From NCBI GenBank assembly GCA_973895155.1, contig OZ316894.1, forward strand, positions 27,075,422-27,139,421: DNA of 64,000 nt, in the 5' to 3' direction. This document shows, one piece after another, positions 35,356-49,600 of the stretch (its first letter is position 1; each line of letters opens with the position of its first letter). A program made the translations under genes and the position numbers. The stretch comes from Marsupella aquatica. Taxonomy: Eukaryota; Plantae; Marchantiophyta. Below the pieces are notes generated by a model. That model ran no database searches. It worked only from the letters and a program-made list of their open reading frames with translations, and was not told the origin of the DNA.

Positions 35356-38300
35356 AACACAAATATAGCAATCGCTCCCCCACGTACACTGTTCTCTCCG
35401 CGATGATAAGGGGCAAGCCTGTTAATGAGTCGACCAACCCTTATCAGCAAGAGACTGTGGAAATTGGTCGCCGCCAAACTCCAACCTGTTATGAAGGTGA
35501 CGAGTTGGATTTAAATCATGCCGGCGGTGTGCTGTGCATGGATAGCATTCCAACCTAATAAAAAAGCATCGCCCTTAAACGGTCAACAAGAAACCAAATC
35601 GGTGACGGCACAAATCATTGCCGGATGAAAACAATGGAATATATATATGCATCGATGAAGAAGATTGAGGTGAGCTGTAGGGTGTTGCGGATATAATAAT
35701 ATAGAAATATAGATGTATTGAAAGGAAAAAACATGCTTAGGAGCGACATGGACAAATGTTGGCCAGTTCACCTCGACAAAAGATCCCTTGCATCGCCGGG
35801 TTTAGGTAGGGGTACGTGTTTAACGCACATCATTATTTTCTCCGATGGAATGAAAATACCGGTCACATTTCCGAACACACATGGCAACACTGCCAATTGA
35901 ACTAATTAACCTGCTAGAACGCCTACATTTTGACGATTGAATATTGGAGGCTGCAGTAACCAGTGCAAGCAAGTCGACAACACTGAAGAAGCTGTGGCTG
36001 TCATCCGTTCCTTTTAGGGTTTAGGGGCGATGCTCACCACATAAAGAATGATACTGATAGCCACGTACGCTCAGACAAATACCATCAGCACCCTCGATCT
36101 GAGGACGATTACCCTCCTCAGAATTACTACAACAATCTCTGCAATCCGAGTCCACAGACGTCGTCTATAAGTGGCCATTGGGAAATGGAATGCGATCTCA
36201 ATAAGCTACCTAGGTACCCGGATCCTCCAAATAGACTATACGAACTTTGTCAACCTCTGTCGGAGCAGCTGTCAAAATGGCACTCAGGCATGCTGTCTGG
36301 AGAAAGGCCAAGAAGATGTGATTGAATGTGTCGCGCGTGGAGTCGAGGGGTTCGAAATTGGGAATTGCTTTATGTCCCTGTTGTTTAGTGGCACGAGGAT
36401 TTGAGCAAAAATAATGCGTTCCGGAATGCATCGAGTACAATGAAATCTCACAACCTCGAATGATCAGCTAAGTGGAGCAATGTGCGGGATCAATATTCTT
36501 CTTCTACGGTCTCAGTCAGTTGTACCTTCTGCGGGCGGGTCTAACGGTATCCCAAAATGGGCTCCAAATGCTGAGCAAAAACCGGCCTCGTTGACTTCAT
36601 TTTGTGCGACCTACGCCGTTGTGCTCGCCTCTGCCTTCTCCAGGCATTGCACCGACGGAGACACCTCTCGTTCATTTGCCCCGGTGTTTCTCCGGGCCAC
36701 TATATCTTCTTGGCGATACTCCTCCCCTGGATTCCTCTTCGTACTCCGTCTCCTCATCAATGTGGGTGGGAGCAAACACCAAGAGGTACGCCTTGGTTGG
36801 TGCCGCCGCACTAACCCACCTTATTATTGGGTTCTCATTCTTGAAGAACTCCGCTGAGATTAGTATCCTCTTCATCTTCTTCAGCTATATCATCAGATCC
36901 GTCGTCATCTACGTTCGACATTTATGTCATTGTTGTGGTGGTTTGCTGCTTCGACGTCCCTCGTCGCGCCAGCTGAAACAGGAGTTTCCTCGTCCGATTT
37001 GTTTGTTGGTGTGTCGTCCCGCAGGTAGGATCTTTTAATCCTAAGCTATTGTGCAGGATTACACTTACTTCGTATGCCACTAAAGAAGGGAACCTCGGGC
37101 ATCCCTTCGCATGGATGGTCTCGGATAGGCAAGCCTTCTATACCTGCACGTGTTGGTAGACTCCCTCCGGCACTGCCTTGGGCAATGCGAGTTGTGTGGG
37201 GCTAGTGTGATGAAAAATCAACACCCATTTGGTGAAGAACTCGACGTAGTTCCGGCGCTCCTTGCTGTTTATAGAGCCATATTGAATGTTGCTCCAATTT
37301 ATCCGAACCTCCGCCCATTGTATAAATGCGGCGGTTTCTCCTTTATCCAGTGCTTCTACCTTATATGCAAGTGGCAGCCTCCCTACAACTGGTAATCCAA
37401 ACATATCGCACAACCGTGCTTGGAGATGTTGTAGGTCTTTCCATCGTAACGACTCAGGTGATATCGTCACCTTAGAAGCCTTGGAGCACACGCCGCTAGC
37501 CATCCCGATATATTGATAGGCAACGATCCATTCGGATCAGGCCGTGATTTTGGAGAGCTGTTTGGAGTGAGGGAGTTTGGAAACTCTAAAGTCGCGCGAT
37601 GAGCTCCCAGGCCCGAGAAACTTTCTCCTTATGCTTTCTTCATCGTTCTGCCAGTTTCAAAGTGGCGTGAGCTTCCATGTTCGGACGACCTGCTCTCAAC
37701 GTGAAACTGCGTCGCATCCCCATGTCCTTTGGTCATAATGATTCCCACGGCCAAACATACACTTATTAACTCCTAAAGATCCGGTTAGGATGGTGGCTAA
37801 GCCATCCCCATTCGTAGGCTTTTGGTCGCTCAATGATGCCTTTGCTGCTAACGACAAAATTAAGGGGGGCCGCACACCGTCATGCCATGCTTACAATGAA
37901 ATCGACTGGCTGAACTCGCAGCGTTGCTGCCACTGATCAAAGCTTTGTAGATCTTTCTTATGCTGTGTGTCAACACTGATAGTGGCCCTGCGAAGATCGG
38001 ACATGCTCCATGCCAGGTGAAAAATCAAAGCCGGTGAAAATCAAATGAGATCGATGAAGGTTTCATAACGGGGAAGTATGTTGGTGTTCAAATCCTCCAG
38101 CCGGACTTTCGCCGGCCTGATTCTGCAGCCAACGGACAACAAGCAAGACAGCTGTGCCGACACTTCAACACGCATCCACTTGCAACCAACACCAGCACAT
38201 GACTAATCATCATGGCAGCTCCCTGCACGTTCTTTCACACGATCGTCGCGTGGTCCGTCAAAGTCATCCCGAGGTCTGTCAAAGTTTTTGCCTTGACACA

Positions 38301-40259
38301 TCAAATTTAATTCCATTCAAAGTGACCCAGTACAACAGGGTGGCCCACGAAAGGGGGACAACAACCGGAGGACGATCGACATGCTAAAAAACCGGTGAAG
38401 CCGGCACCATGGCAGACAGGTAAACGAGACGTTCAACCACTGTAGAGGGAGCACCGCACTCCGTAAGACCGGCCAGTGAAGAAGCCCCGGCGGGGAACCA
38501 TCCAATGGTCTGTCAAAGGTGTTCACTTCCGTTCTTGCTTTTAGTCCGCAGGGGGTATTGGAACCTTTTGGGTCGAATGTACAGTAGTTTGGGGAAGTGT
38601 GACGCCGTTACATTGAGGCTCCTCCCTGTCTTTGCGTATTTGGCGACTATCACGTCAGCCGTTGATCATAGGTTGTGTTCCCCTTTTGATCCTCATGTCT
38701 TACGGTCCCGCCGTTTTCTACTCATACCATGCCTTCCGCTGAATCCTATATATGTAGCCAATAGTATATTAAATAGCATGTACATCCATAAGCTGAATAA
38801 AACGTTGCATATTGGTAGTGGACAAGAAATCGTAAATAGACATTGCTCCCTGTTAAAGTGAAATTAAATGGATGTGTATGTGCTATATGATGCTCCGGTT
38901 TTGAAGTGACTTGTTAGCCCCAGGCTGGGTTTCTTGTGGCCATACAGCCAAACTAAAAGTGTGTCAGATGTAGATACAGGCTCCTCCGCCTAATTTGAAT
39001 AAGTAACCTGAAGCAGATTTGCGGTCTAGCAAACATTGGCCGTATGCATCATCGGTCGGAGTAAGCATGAAAACCAAGTGAATGGATGTGCATTTGTTTG
39101 GATGGAGGACCCTGAAATGAAAGGTCCAACATACCCGCTTGAGTGCACCTCGATCTTCCGTGGAATATCTAAGGGGGGAGGGGACCGGATTTCACCAAAT
39201 CTATATTTAAGTGCTCCTAGCATTGCCTGGTACTGCCGCTGCCGCGTGTACATATCCACAGGAGGCATCCGTGGAAATTGTTCATATTCAGGGTTGAGGG
39301 TGCATCATGCTTTGGGCCATTGCAAATTCAATTTGCTCTGTCTTGTCATAACAAATGAAGGAGTAGTATCATCCTCCTTAAACAAAGGCACGGTGTACAC
39401 CAGATACTCATGTATCAATTCAGAATTCCAAAATTCGGAACCCAATTTGGGGAGATGCGTGACCCTTAAAAAATATGATCTTCAACAAAACAGGGGAAGT
39501 TCAGGGTTATCACAGGGGAAGTGCCGTCATCACAAAAACAAGGAGTATCGTCCTTCTGTACTTTAACAGTCGTGGCCTTCAAAATGTAAGTTTTTGGAAT
39601 CATCCGGAACCCTATGGACAATATAACTTATGGGCGCTTTGTAGAGCACACGTTCTCGGGCTGAAAAACATTTGATTCTACAATCGACCCTGAACTATCA
39701 TAAAAAGGCAGGGCCAGCCTGTGAACCACACATTGTGGCACCAGCTTGGGGAAACGCGTATCTATGACGAGGCATCATGTCGAGGCCAGTGGCTTCATGC
39801 CACTGACATGACGGCGGGTTTTAGGGACCCGCATGATGACTTTGTCCATGAACTGCTGAAAGGCAGCCTCAAGGCCAGGCAAAACATGGATGGAAGGCCA
39901 CCAGCTCCTCAACATTGGAAACCCACTAGAGAGACGTTGCAAGCTTGTTTGGTAACACCCGCCCCCCGGGCTATGTTGGATTTAGGGTTTAAAGTTGAAT
40001 GTAGAACATCTGTAGCTGGCTTCGCCCCGTTTTCATGATCCACACTCGCTTGTGTGCCCAACAGCCTCTGCAATTCCATCACTTTACACCTCCACGCATC
40101 CCTAAAATTATGCGATCCACAGTTTGAGTGGCTCGCCCATGCCTGTCTACAAGACAACACATTGCAAAAGATGTGAATGAATAGTAATCATGAAACTGAC
40201 CCTTCACGTTGTGCTGATCTGTGTGGCATTACTCAATGTTCAGTGTCTTGGAATCGAAG

Positions 40260-42575
40260 CTAATACCAACTCCTGAATGAACAACTTGCTTTATATACAG
40301 GTACCCTAAACCCTAAACCCATGAGCTGCTTCAGCTGCTTCAGCTGATTTTGTGCTTGCGTTTTCAGAAGCTGATTCCAATCAAGGAGATCTTCGCATTC
40401 CAACCCTAAAGCCTGTCTCTCTGCAGTTCCTGACATCAACTCCTCATTAGCCTTTTGCAATTGATGTTGGAGTGCCTGGTTCTCCGATCAAAGACTTGCA
40501 ACCTCTGTCTCTAACTTAGCTTGCATCTCCCCAAGTTTGGCTTCTGACTTTTGTCTGTCGGCCTTCAGTTCTTTTGCGGCTAAGCCCAACTTGTGGATCG
40601 AGTTGTCCCTTTCCTTGGCCAGGTCCTGAACTGCTCTGGCCAACTTGAGTTCCAAATCAGACACTTGCTGGTGCTTGGTATGTCGTAATTTCACCAAATT
40701 TGTGTTGGCATCAGCGGTCTTTGCTTTCTCGGTTGCCAGTTCGGCTGTATACCGAGTTTGGAGTATGGCTGTCTCCTGCGACACCTTACTCAATTGAATA
40801 CAAAGCGACTCAAGCGATTTCTTAGCTTTGGACGCCTCCTCCTCCTTCTGCCGAACTTCTTGCACGAGCTGCCACAACTCCTCCTGTAAAAGGGGTGCAG
40901 CCTTCTCAATTGTTTGGGCTCCCTTTGGTGATTCAGCACCGGGTTGATATTCCACAATCGGAACCGTCTCGTGTCCAATCGAGATTCTTGCGGGTGGTCC
41001 TACGGCCGGGTTATTTTCAGACTCGTCTCCACCGTTGTTCTCAGCAGAGGATTCTGATATCGTCCTTCTAGCCGGTAGAGCTAACCCCGAGGTGAATTGT
41101 CGGGAAAACAATTGCTCAACCTCATCGTCCTCGGCGTTCTGCACAGGAACTCCCATGTCATCTCCTAGTTCTGTTTGGGACTTTGAGGTGTCGACCTCTG
41201 CTGTGTGCCTTAGCGGCAGTGGCAGTGGTTTCTTACTCTACATGATAAGTGATGGGTCCCGGCCTTCTGCATCTTCTTGTCCCTTCCCTAGTCCGATTTG
41301 AGTGGGAATCTCTGCTGGCTGATGTAGTTGAGTTCGAGCATGTTTTATGATTAGTGGCAAGTGATATGCCAGCCGGGAAACACCCCCAACTGACATCATT
41401 CTATGATTGGTATTCAACGCCTCCAACAATCTCTTGAAAAGAAAACCACAGTAGTCCACCCCTGTGCTGAGCTGATTTACCAATGCCACCTCATTCTTCC
41501 CGAACTCAGGCCGTCTCGGAGTAAACCACATATTAACTCGAAGGAAATCCAGGATGTCGCGAGTCTGAATATTGATACATTGACAGCGCAAGAATCCGTT
41601 CACGTTGGGTGGTCCCTCAAAGTCCCTGCACTCAGTGTCCTTAACGTGAACCGTCCTGCCGATTTTAACCGGCTCTCCCAAGGCTAGCCCAAACACTTCG
41701 GATACCACCTTCTCTGAAAATTGGAATTCTCGACCAAATATATGAGTGAGCTTGCGCTCAGGATCCCAATTAGCTACGAACATCATCATCTCTCTGTGGG
41801 TTATATCTTGGGCAGTCCAGGGTAACCAGACAAATTTCTCCAGCCCCGACCCGTGTAGGAATTTGGGATACCTGCCCGAAACTACGACTCGGAATACATC
41901 GTCGTCATCCCGAATAAATTTGAGTCGAAGTTCCTCTACTACCGTGTCAACCCAACCCTTCCAATTCCAATCCTTCGGCGTCGATGTGGTGGCCATAGCA
42001 TCAATTCCTCCCGGTTCTTCCCCAGTCTCACTATTCCGACCTAGACTTGTTGGTGGCACTGTCGGTGTCCCGTTTCGTCGCCGTCGTGCTGACTGCCGAC
42101 CTGCTCCACTCTTCTTTAATTTTGCCGGTGGTGCAGCGACTGCCTCTTCATGTTTCTTCCCGTGTGCATTTGCTGCCAGCAGAGCTTGTTTCCCCTCGCT
42201 TCCTCGCCGTGAGCCTTCACCTAGCACAGCCTCTGGCGTCCACTTCAACGTCCAGCCTGGTAGTACCCACCTGTCGTCTGGACACCTATCAATCGCTCGC
42301 CTTACCGACAACAACTGATCCTCCTCGAACCAAATGCGGTTGAGTTCATCAACCGATGGTGACCATAAAAGATCCACAGAAATGCATTCCCCGCCGACGA
42401 ATGCAACCTCAAGGAGCTCCCACAACTTTTGTATGAGTTGTCTCTCTTCATCCGCTTGCTCTGGCTGCTGCTCTTCGTATGTTGCTATGAGTAGACCCCC
42501 GTACTCGAGAACACAGCCCCAATAATGCCTTGCCTGATTCACCATCGTCATAGCGCGAATAAAGAATGACACCAA
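40260..42575 (-). pseudogene. Degenerate homolog of the gypsy extra ORF (same N-terminal domains plus coiled coil)
   Basis: ORFs 42575-41238, 41156-40488 and 40460-40260 are one frame broken by TAG (41238) and TGA (40488). Aligns by eye with 2385-3540: GSGLEKFVWLPW/GSGLEAFVRLPW, EVFGL, LDFLRV/IDFLRV, VSRLAYHLPL/VSRLGYHMPL. Confidence 0.85.
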
Positions 42576-43050
42576 AGGATGGTTGAACCCTAAACCTGGG
42601 TAAGAGGGATTGTCTCTCTCTCGCTCCGCCTCGCCTCGCCTCGCCTCGCCCGCCGATAGCCCGAAAAGTAAAATGTGCGAATGAACAGTGTTTCATACCC
42701 GTCGCCTGATGAGAGCATTGAACTACCTGAGTATGAGAGAGATGCCCCGAGCAGAATATGCGACTGAGTGTTTCTTGTTGAGTGACGCTTGTACTGATAA
42801 TTAAGTACCCTAGTACTACACGGTGATGCAGCCACCACACCCTTCAAGCTTAGTGTTTGTTGTTAGAGCGGCACTGGCACTGGTACTAATAACTACCCTA
42901 CCTCTACATGGGGATATGCCAACCCCACCCATTCGAGTTGTACGGTAGTTAGAAGCGTGAGCTTGAAGGTCTCCTGCTGTAGTTGATCTATTTACTTCAA
43001 GCGGCGAAGTTTTTGCTTCATCCAGGGTAGAACCAGTATATATAATAGGG

Positions 43051-43990
43051 ATAGCTCAATACCTGTGCGTTGCACAAAAGAAGTCGTGTCGGCCAAGATG
43101 TGATGTCATTGAGAAAAATGATGTAGTGTCAGCCAAGAGGTCGTGGAGAAAAAAGATGTCGTGTTGCCCAAGAGGTAGTTGAGAGAAACGATGTCATGTC
43201 GCCCAAGAGGTCATTGAGAGAAAAGAAGTTGTGTTGGTCAAGATGTCGTTGAGAAAAAAAGATGTTGTATTGGCCAAGAGTTCGTTTGAAAAAAAATATG
43301 TAGTGTCAACCAAGAGGTCGTGGAGAAAAAAGATGTCTTGTCGCCCAAGAGGTCATTGAGGAAAAAAGATGTCGTGTTGGCCAAGAGATCATTGAGCAAA
43401 AAAATGTCATGTCGGCCAAGAAGTCGTTGAGAAAAAAGATGTTGTGTCGGCCAAGATGTTGAGAAAAAATTGTCATGTTTGCAAAGATGTTGAGAAAAAA
43501 ATGTCATGTCGGCCAAGACATTGTTCACGGAAAATACCCGTGCGTTGCACAAAAGATGTTGTTAAGAAATAAGATGTCGTGTTGCCCAAGATGTTGTTAA
43601 GTGAAAGATGTCACAAAGTAAAAAGATGTCTTAAGAAAAAGTAGTTTTGCCAAACATGCCATTGTGTGAAAGATGATATTAAGAAAAAGGTGTCATTTTG
43701 CCAAAGATATCGTGAAGCAAAAGATGTTAAAAGAAAAATGGTGTTATTTCACCCAAGCTATCGCTCTGTGAAAGATGTTATGAAATAAAAAATCAAGGAA
43801 ACTAAGAAGGAGTGAGTCTTTTTCTTTGTTTTGTTTTTTTACCCAAAATGCCCATGCATTTGAATGGCGACCCACTATAAATTGGAGCAACGTTATATTA
43901 TCGGTTTCAGATTTAGTGTCTTAGGGTTTAGCAAAGATGATCATTCTCTCGATATCCTTTCAATCCCAGTGCGTTGCATAATAGATGTTG
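43051..43990 (-). mobile_element. Non-autonomous Helitron-like remnant: 3' end motif plus ~35-40-bp minisatellite
   Basis: Reverse-complement 3' motif at 43053-43084, recurring at about 43533 and 43965. Tandem gatgtcgtgtcggccaagaggtcgttgagaaaaaa from 43080 to about 43760. Confidence 0.65.
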
Positions 43991-46560
43991 TTTGGTTAAA
44001 GATGTTGTTGGGTGTAAAAGATAATCGTTGAATAAAAATAATAATTGTTAAAATACATTATTACACAAAAACTTTTGTTGAGTGAAAGATATCATTGTGC
44101 AAAATAGAATTTGGGGTCCATGCAAGATAACTAAAAATTAACTAATTTTGAAAGAGTTAAATCTACTCTTTAAGAGTTTAGGGTTAAATAATATAATGTC
44201 AACCTACTCTCTTCCCCTTAGTGCTGGCTCAATACCAAAACCATTATCTCAAGTGAATCTTTTCACTTTCATGTCCCATGCCAAATGTACTCTAAATTAA
44301 TAGACCATAAAATACTATACTTACACTTTAATGCTCCATACAAAATAACTACAGTAGCACATGCAAGTAGTCTATGATGTATTATATCTACCTTGTACTA
44401 TAACTTACATACCTACCTTATACTATAACTTACAGCCAATTTTAGGTTCCCATCTGACTCAGTCCAAGAGCCATAAATAATTCAAGAAAATATCTGATGG
44501 CTTAGCTTTGTTCCCTCCTTTTTCATTTCTGTAACGGGACTATGGACTAAAACTGGCGGGATTCGTTATTATAGTAGTAGATGGGCACCTTTTGTTTTCA
44601 TTAGCAACATAATATATATTTCAAGTCCCTATTAATATCTCTTCTGTGGCAGGCGTGTTAGGGTCGGGGTGTTAGGGTCGGGGTATTGTTCAGAGTTTAG
44701 GGCTTAGAACAAAACAATGTGTGAAATTTTTTTCTAAGCAGGTCAGCTTTTGTATAAGATTTGAGTTATGTGTGTTTTTAATTAGTAGTTACAAAAATTC
44801 GAGGTGTCTCAATGTTGACTTGGAATTTTCTGATCCATGAGGGCATCCCCATTTGGCATACTTATTTGCCTAATTGTTTACATGGTCATGATCGAAGAGA
44901 AATTTTCAGTGCTTCCTTAGTGGTCTCATAGTACTAAAGAGACAAAGTGCCTGGTGTGAAAAGTTTTGCTTTGTCCAGGGGGTGAGGTCACCCCAGCGTC
45001 ACACTCATATTACCCAATTTGGCCCAAAAGCATAGTGGACCACATATACGTTTTCTACAGAGTGACTCAAGTGATGAAAGTAAGCAGTCAGTCCTCCGAG
45101 ACAAAGGTATATTCTTCTTCCATGATGGCACCACTCTTGTCAACTCAATTCCAGGTAAGTCTTGGTTTTTCATCAATAACTGGAAAATGACATTGGACAT
45201 GTTGCAAAGATGGGTTTTCATCCATAGAGTTTAGGGTTTTCTGGAAACAACTACAGTACACTGTAGTAGTCGTGTAAGTTCAGCCTTTGTGACTGACCCG
45301 CTCGGTCACGGGCCTGGTATAATACTAGCCGGGACTACTGTACTTGTCCTTTGAACGTGAATAGCGGCGAGGAGAAAAAAAATGTAGAGTAGAAGCTATT
45401 GTTCACGCGTACGGTCTAGAGTGAAGCCTCTAGACCGTAACTGTAACTCTAGGGTCGAAAAATTGCGGGTTCTGACGGAAAGTGAGGGTGAGGAGTAACA
45501 CGACGCAGGGGAGCGGGAACTAGGTCAAAAGTAGCGTAAATCTCAAAGCGGGCGGCCGGCAGATGTGGCAGTGTCACACGGGAACACGAGGGAGGTGCAC
45601 AAGGGAGGTTTTGGATATTGCAATGGCGGTGCGTGGGAAAGCACAGGAGCTACGTCCTTTGAATGCAAGGGAAGTTCCAGCTCAGCAATGATCGCTCAGA
45701 TGCCATTTCATTTTTGCTTTGCTGTTTGATCGTTGTTTTGCAGATCATTGTCCTTGACAATCATCCCAGCTTGCATCCTCAACAATCGTCCCAGCAGCAA
45801 ACGCAAGCTTACAGAGGGGCGGCCTTTTGATTGGAGCCGACTTTGATTTTCATTTCCTGGTGATACATGTCAACAAACTGACGTATTATTTTGACTCGAC
45901 TCAATCTACTTTACTCCTTGCATGTGGCAGGATGAGTGTAAGTGAAATCGAATTATTCTCGGTAAAGGTTTTGAATTCCTCCCCGCAGGTCGCTCTGGGT
46001 AGCCCTGGTTTAGGTTCGAGGTAGCAACCTCTGCTACAGATTTTTGCCTCTCCCTCTGACGACTCCCCGATCCGCTCCTACTGAGGAGACCGTTGAGAGA
46101 TGATTCATAAAGCTAAGCTTAGCATTACTTTATTTGGAGTTCTGTGAGTGGAGTGCTCATGAGATTGATCGATCGCGGAATCCTTTGCAGGTGTATGGTG
46201 GTGCGGTGAATCTTTGTCCGGGCGAAAGAACTACCTAAAGCCCTGAGTGCAAACAACACTACGTGAGTACTATTCATGGACGGTACTCTACTACTTCGGC
46301 ACAATTGATCAGTTGTATGCAAGAGGCTTTGCTTGGAGTCCAGTATTGCTTAGCGCTTGGCTCTCTCCGATTACAGTGACTCTCATATTTTTTTGTTGAA
46401 CGTTTTTTCTGTTGATAGTGAGGCGATAGTCGACGTATGATCATGCAACAACCAAACGCACGGCGTCGGCAACTAGCTTGGATACCGGACGAGCATTTCA
46501 TGCTTGATGTGAACAGTTGTTAGTTCTCTCGCCCATCGTGACTCGATTTGCTATCTTACT

Positions 46561-46640
46561 TATAAAGCGCCAACTACAAGGACGAGTTGGGGCCTAGGCT
46601 TCTTAGACCCCAACTGTAGGTTGTAGTTGGCGCTTTTATA
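46561..46640. repeat. ~80-bp inverted repeat (MITE-like hairpin)
   Basis: tataaagcgccaactacaa ... ttgtagttggcgcttttata, with an inner agttgggg/ccccaact stem. Confidence 0.75.
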
Positions 46641-49600
46641 AAAGAGACATTTCAAGAGTTGGAATATGGAATACATTTTGTTTACATTTTATTGTACTCT
46701 CCTCAGGTACTGACGTTGAAAGAACGGGTAGTCGGTGCTAGTCTTAAGTAATGAGTGAAGCCTCGAGACCGTCACTATGGGGGCTTGTTGAACTTGGGAG
46801 CGAGGGTGAGTGTTTTGAAAACACAACGGGCTTGAGCGTAAATGCATTCCAAAATGCGTGAGCTGGGAAAGAGTTTGAAAATCAATACTAACGACTTCAA
46901 ACCGAGTCTGTGGCCATGGTGATGAGCTTTCCAATTCATACAACAATGTTTTCAATCGCGTCCACCAGAGACACACGTAGTACTACAACGATCTCTTTTC
47001 GGTAGATCTCAACTGCTCGAACTGAACTTAGCTATTTAAGTTTGGGGTTCATTCTTGATTCAGCCCTGCCAATCTACTCTCCACCTCTTGCTGATGCGGT
47101 TGTGCTGTCAAATTTAGTGGGACATTGCAATGAAATGAGGCACTTATTTCCGTTATTTGTCAATGTGGACAGGAGGAAATTCAATTGATTCACTAGGAGC
47201 TTCGATAAATTCAATTGGTTCTCTGTAGTCAGATATTTTAGCCTGTCCGGGAGCCCTGTCATCTCAAATCCGAGCCTCTCTTCGTTCCTTGCACTCCTCC
47301 TTCGACAAGCTTGAATGTGGATCTACTCGAATGCCCGTTCTCTCTTGTCAGCTCTTAGCTGCACGGATGGAAATTGGCGGAGTGTGCCTATTGGAGCTCA
47401 TGTTTAGGATACAACAGTAGCAAGAAAATGATCCAAGCAACAAGAGCGGGGCGGGGCAGGGCAGGGCAGGGCAGGCGGCTGTAACCCATGTGGTGGTCTC
47501 CATCGGAGGCCAAAGCCAGTGCTCTGTGAGAAGTTTGACCGGTGCCGTTTCCTCATATTTTTTCCAGTTCAGCTGGGTTTTCTGGTGTTTGCATGTGTGA
47601 CAGAAAGGTCTGACCTTGAATCGTGTATTGGCATTGTTTTGTTGATCCTTTTACCTAGCTCGGGTTGAAAGTGGAGGGTGGATTGGATCATGGTGAGAGG
47701 CTTCGGGAGGACTCAGTGGCTGCCCAACTCCTGCTTTGGATCACGGTACAACAACACCAGGTGCAGAAGACATAGAAGAAGTAGTAGTTTTTGTTGACGA
47801 GTTCTGAATTGGATTAGGCTGGATTAATTGCAGTGTTGATGGGCGGAACTGTGGCTCAAGTTAGTAGTACTCTCATGATTCCCGACAGTACCCTGTGATT
47901 TTGTAATCCTGTGAAAGACAAATATGTCATTCACCAAGAGGCCATCTTCCAAGGAGACGACCTGGACGGTAATTTGTGTTTTGCTTCCCGACGAATTTGT
48001 GATTCAGCGTTGTGGAGAGAGTTTAGGGTTGTAAAATTCTTTGGAATCCATTTTGCCATGTTTTCGTTTAGGGGTTAAGCTGGGCCGAGAGGTAGAGCAG
48101 CACAGCTGGACATGATCCATCGCCATTAGTGTCCCATATGCGAGAAACGTCTATTGCAGCCTGGCCAGTTGATGTTGATTCTGGCAAAAACTGGCAGGGA
48201 ATCGATTGGCAACTACCCCAGTCCAGCCCAACTATCAGTACTCAGTAGCTTATTGCAGATAGAGAAATGGCTTCAGTATAATAAGCTTAGAAGAACAGGT
48301 TGTAGTGTTGGACTCCTGTTAAGCATGGAAAGCATGACGTGAGTCTTTTTGGAGATTCCAAGTAAATGATCAAAAAGGAGTTGGAGCTCTCTTCAGCCGG
48401 ACTATATATGAAGCAACCTGATAGAATTGTTGTTTTCGGTTTTTATTTTTTAATCAGGTTAAATTGAAGCCAAACGTTTTTCAGTTCATCGTATTGTACA
48501 ACACAGGAGCTATCACATTTTGGACCTTTTAAATAGCTTGGTATCATTTGCGTGAAGAAGATCAATCCAATTTTGTACAATAATCCAAACAAATTTCTGC
48601 GCGCATCATCATTATCGTCATGATTCGCAGCCCATTTCCATTGGAACCTGCATTGAGATTCGAGGGAAAATTTGTTTGCATTGCTTGTGGCTTATGGGTG
48701 CTGCTCAGGGATCCAAGGAGTGATACCAGGTCAAGTAGACACCCCAGGGTTGAGTATGGAGAGATCGGAGTGCTGTTGGAATCCAAGAGAGAGAGAGATT
48801 TGAGGATTGAGATGAGTGCCCAGGATTTAGGGTCAAGAATTAGAGAGTTACTAGATACCGGGAAGGAGCTACTGGGGGTAACAATTGAAGGTAGGAGGAG
48901 GTACCTATGGAGGCCACAAGCCAATTCAGTTTGAGGAGTGGTACTTGGAGGTTTGTGGGAACTTACCTAGATAGTAAATAGGAGAATTAGAGTAGATGAG
49001 CACAAGTGTTGTTGTGTAGGTATTTCTTCATTGGGCATTACACTAGTAAGATTCTTCTAGAGGTATGTCTCAGTCAAGGGCATTTCTCAGTCGCCTCAAC
49101 TACAAAATGTTTGATCCAGCTTTGAAACTCACAGTAATATTTACAGGATCGACTGTTTCTAGCAAAGGAATAGAAGACCGGATTGGGGTTGGACTCAACC
49201 TCTTAATGTACCGGTTCGTTGAGGGTTGAGTGTTTAGGGTTTAGGGTTTATGAGCACAGTGCACTTATGTTGCATCCGCACGTTAGTGCCGTGTGGTTAC
49301 GGAGGTGAACACAATTGAGGTGAGCTCGGACACGGACGACTCGAAGCCCCCGGGGGACCCGACGACTTCATATGGGACCAATTTCCCATCCCGCCCAACG
49401 ATGGCTACACCCACCACTACCGTCCTCGACCTACAAGAGATGGCCGTACCCACATCGGTGGGACCATTAATGGCCCAGCCTGCTGAGGTGGAGTTTGTAA
49501 CCTCCGAGCCCATGACGACAACATGGGGGAAGAGCCGGAAGCAAAAGGCAGTAGCATTTCCTAGCCATCGTCCGATGGCGTCGAGTTTGGCGGCTGTCCG

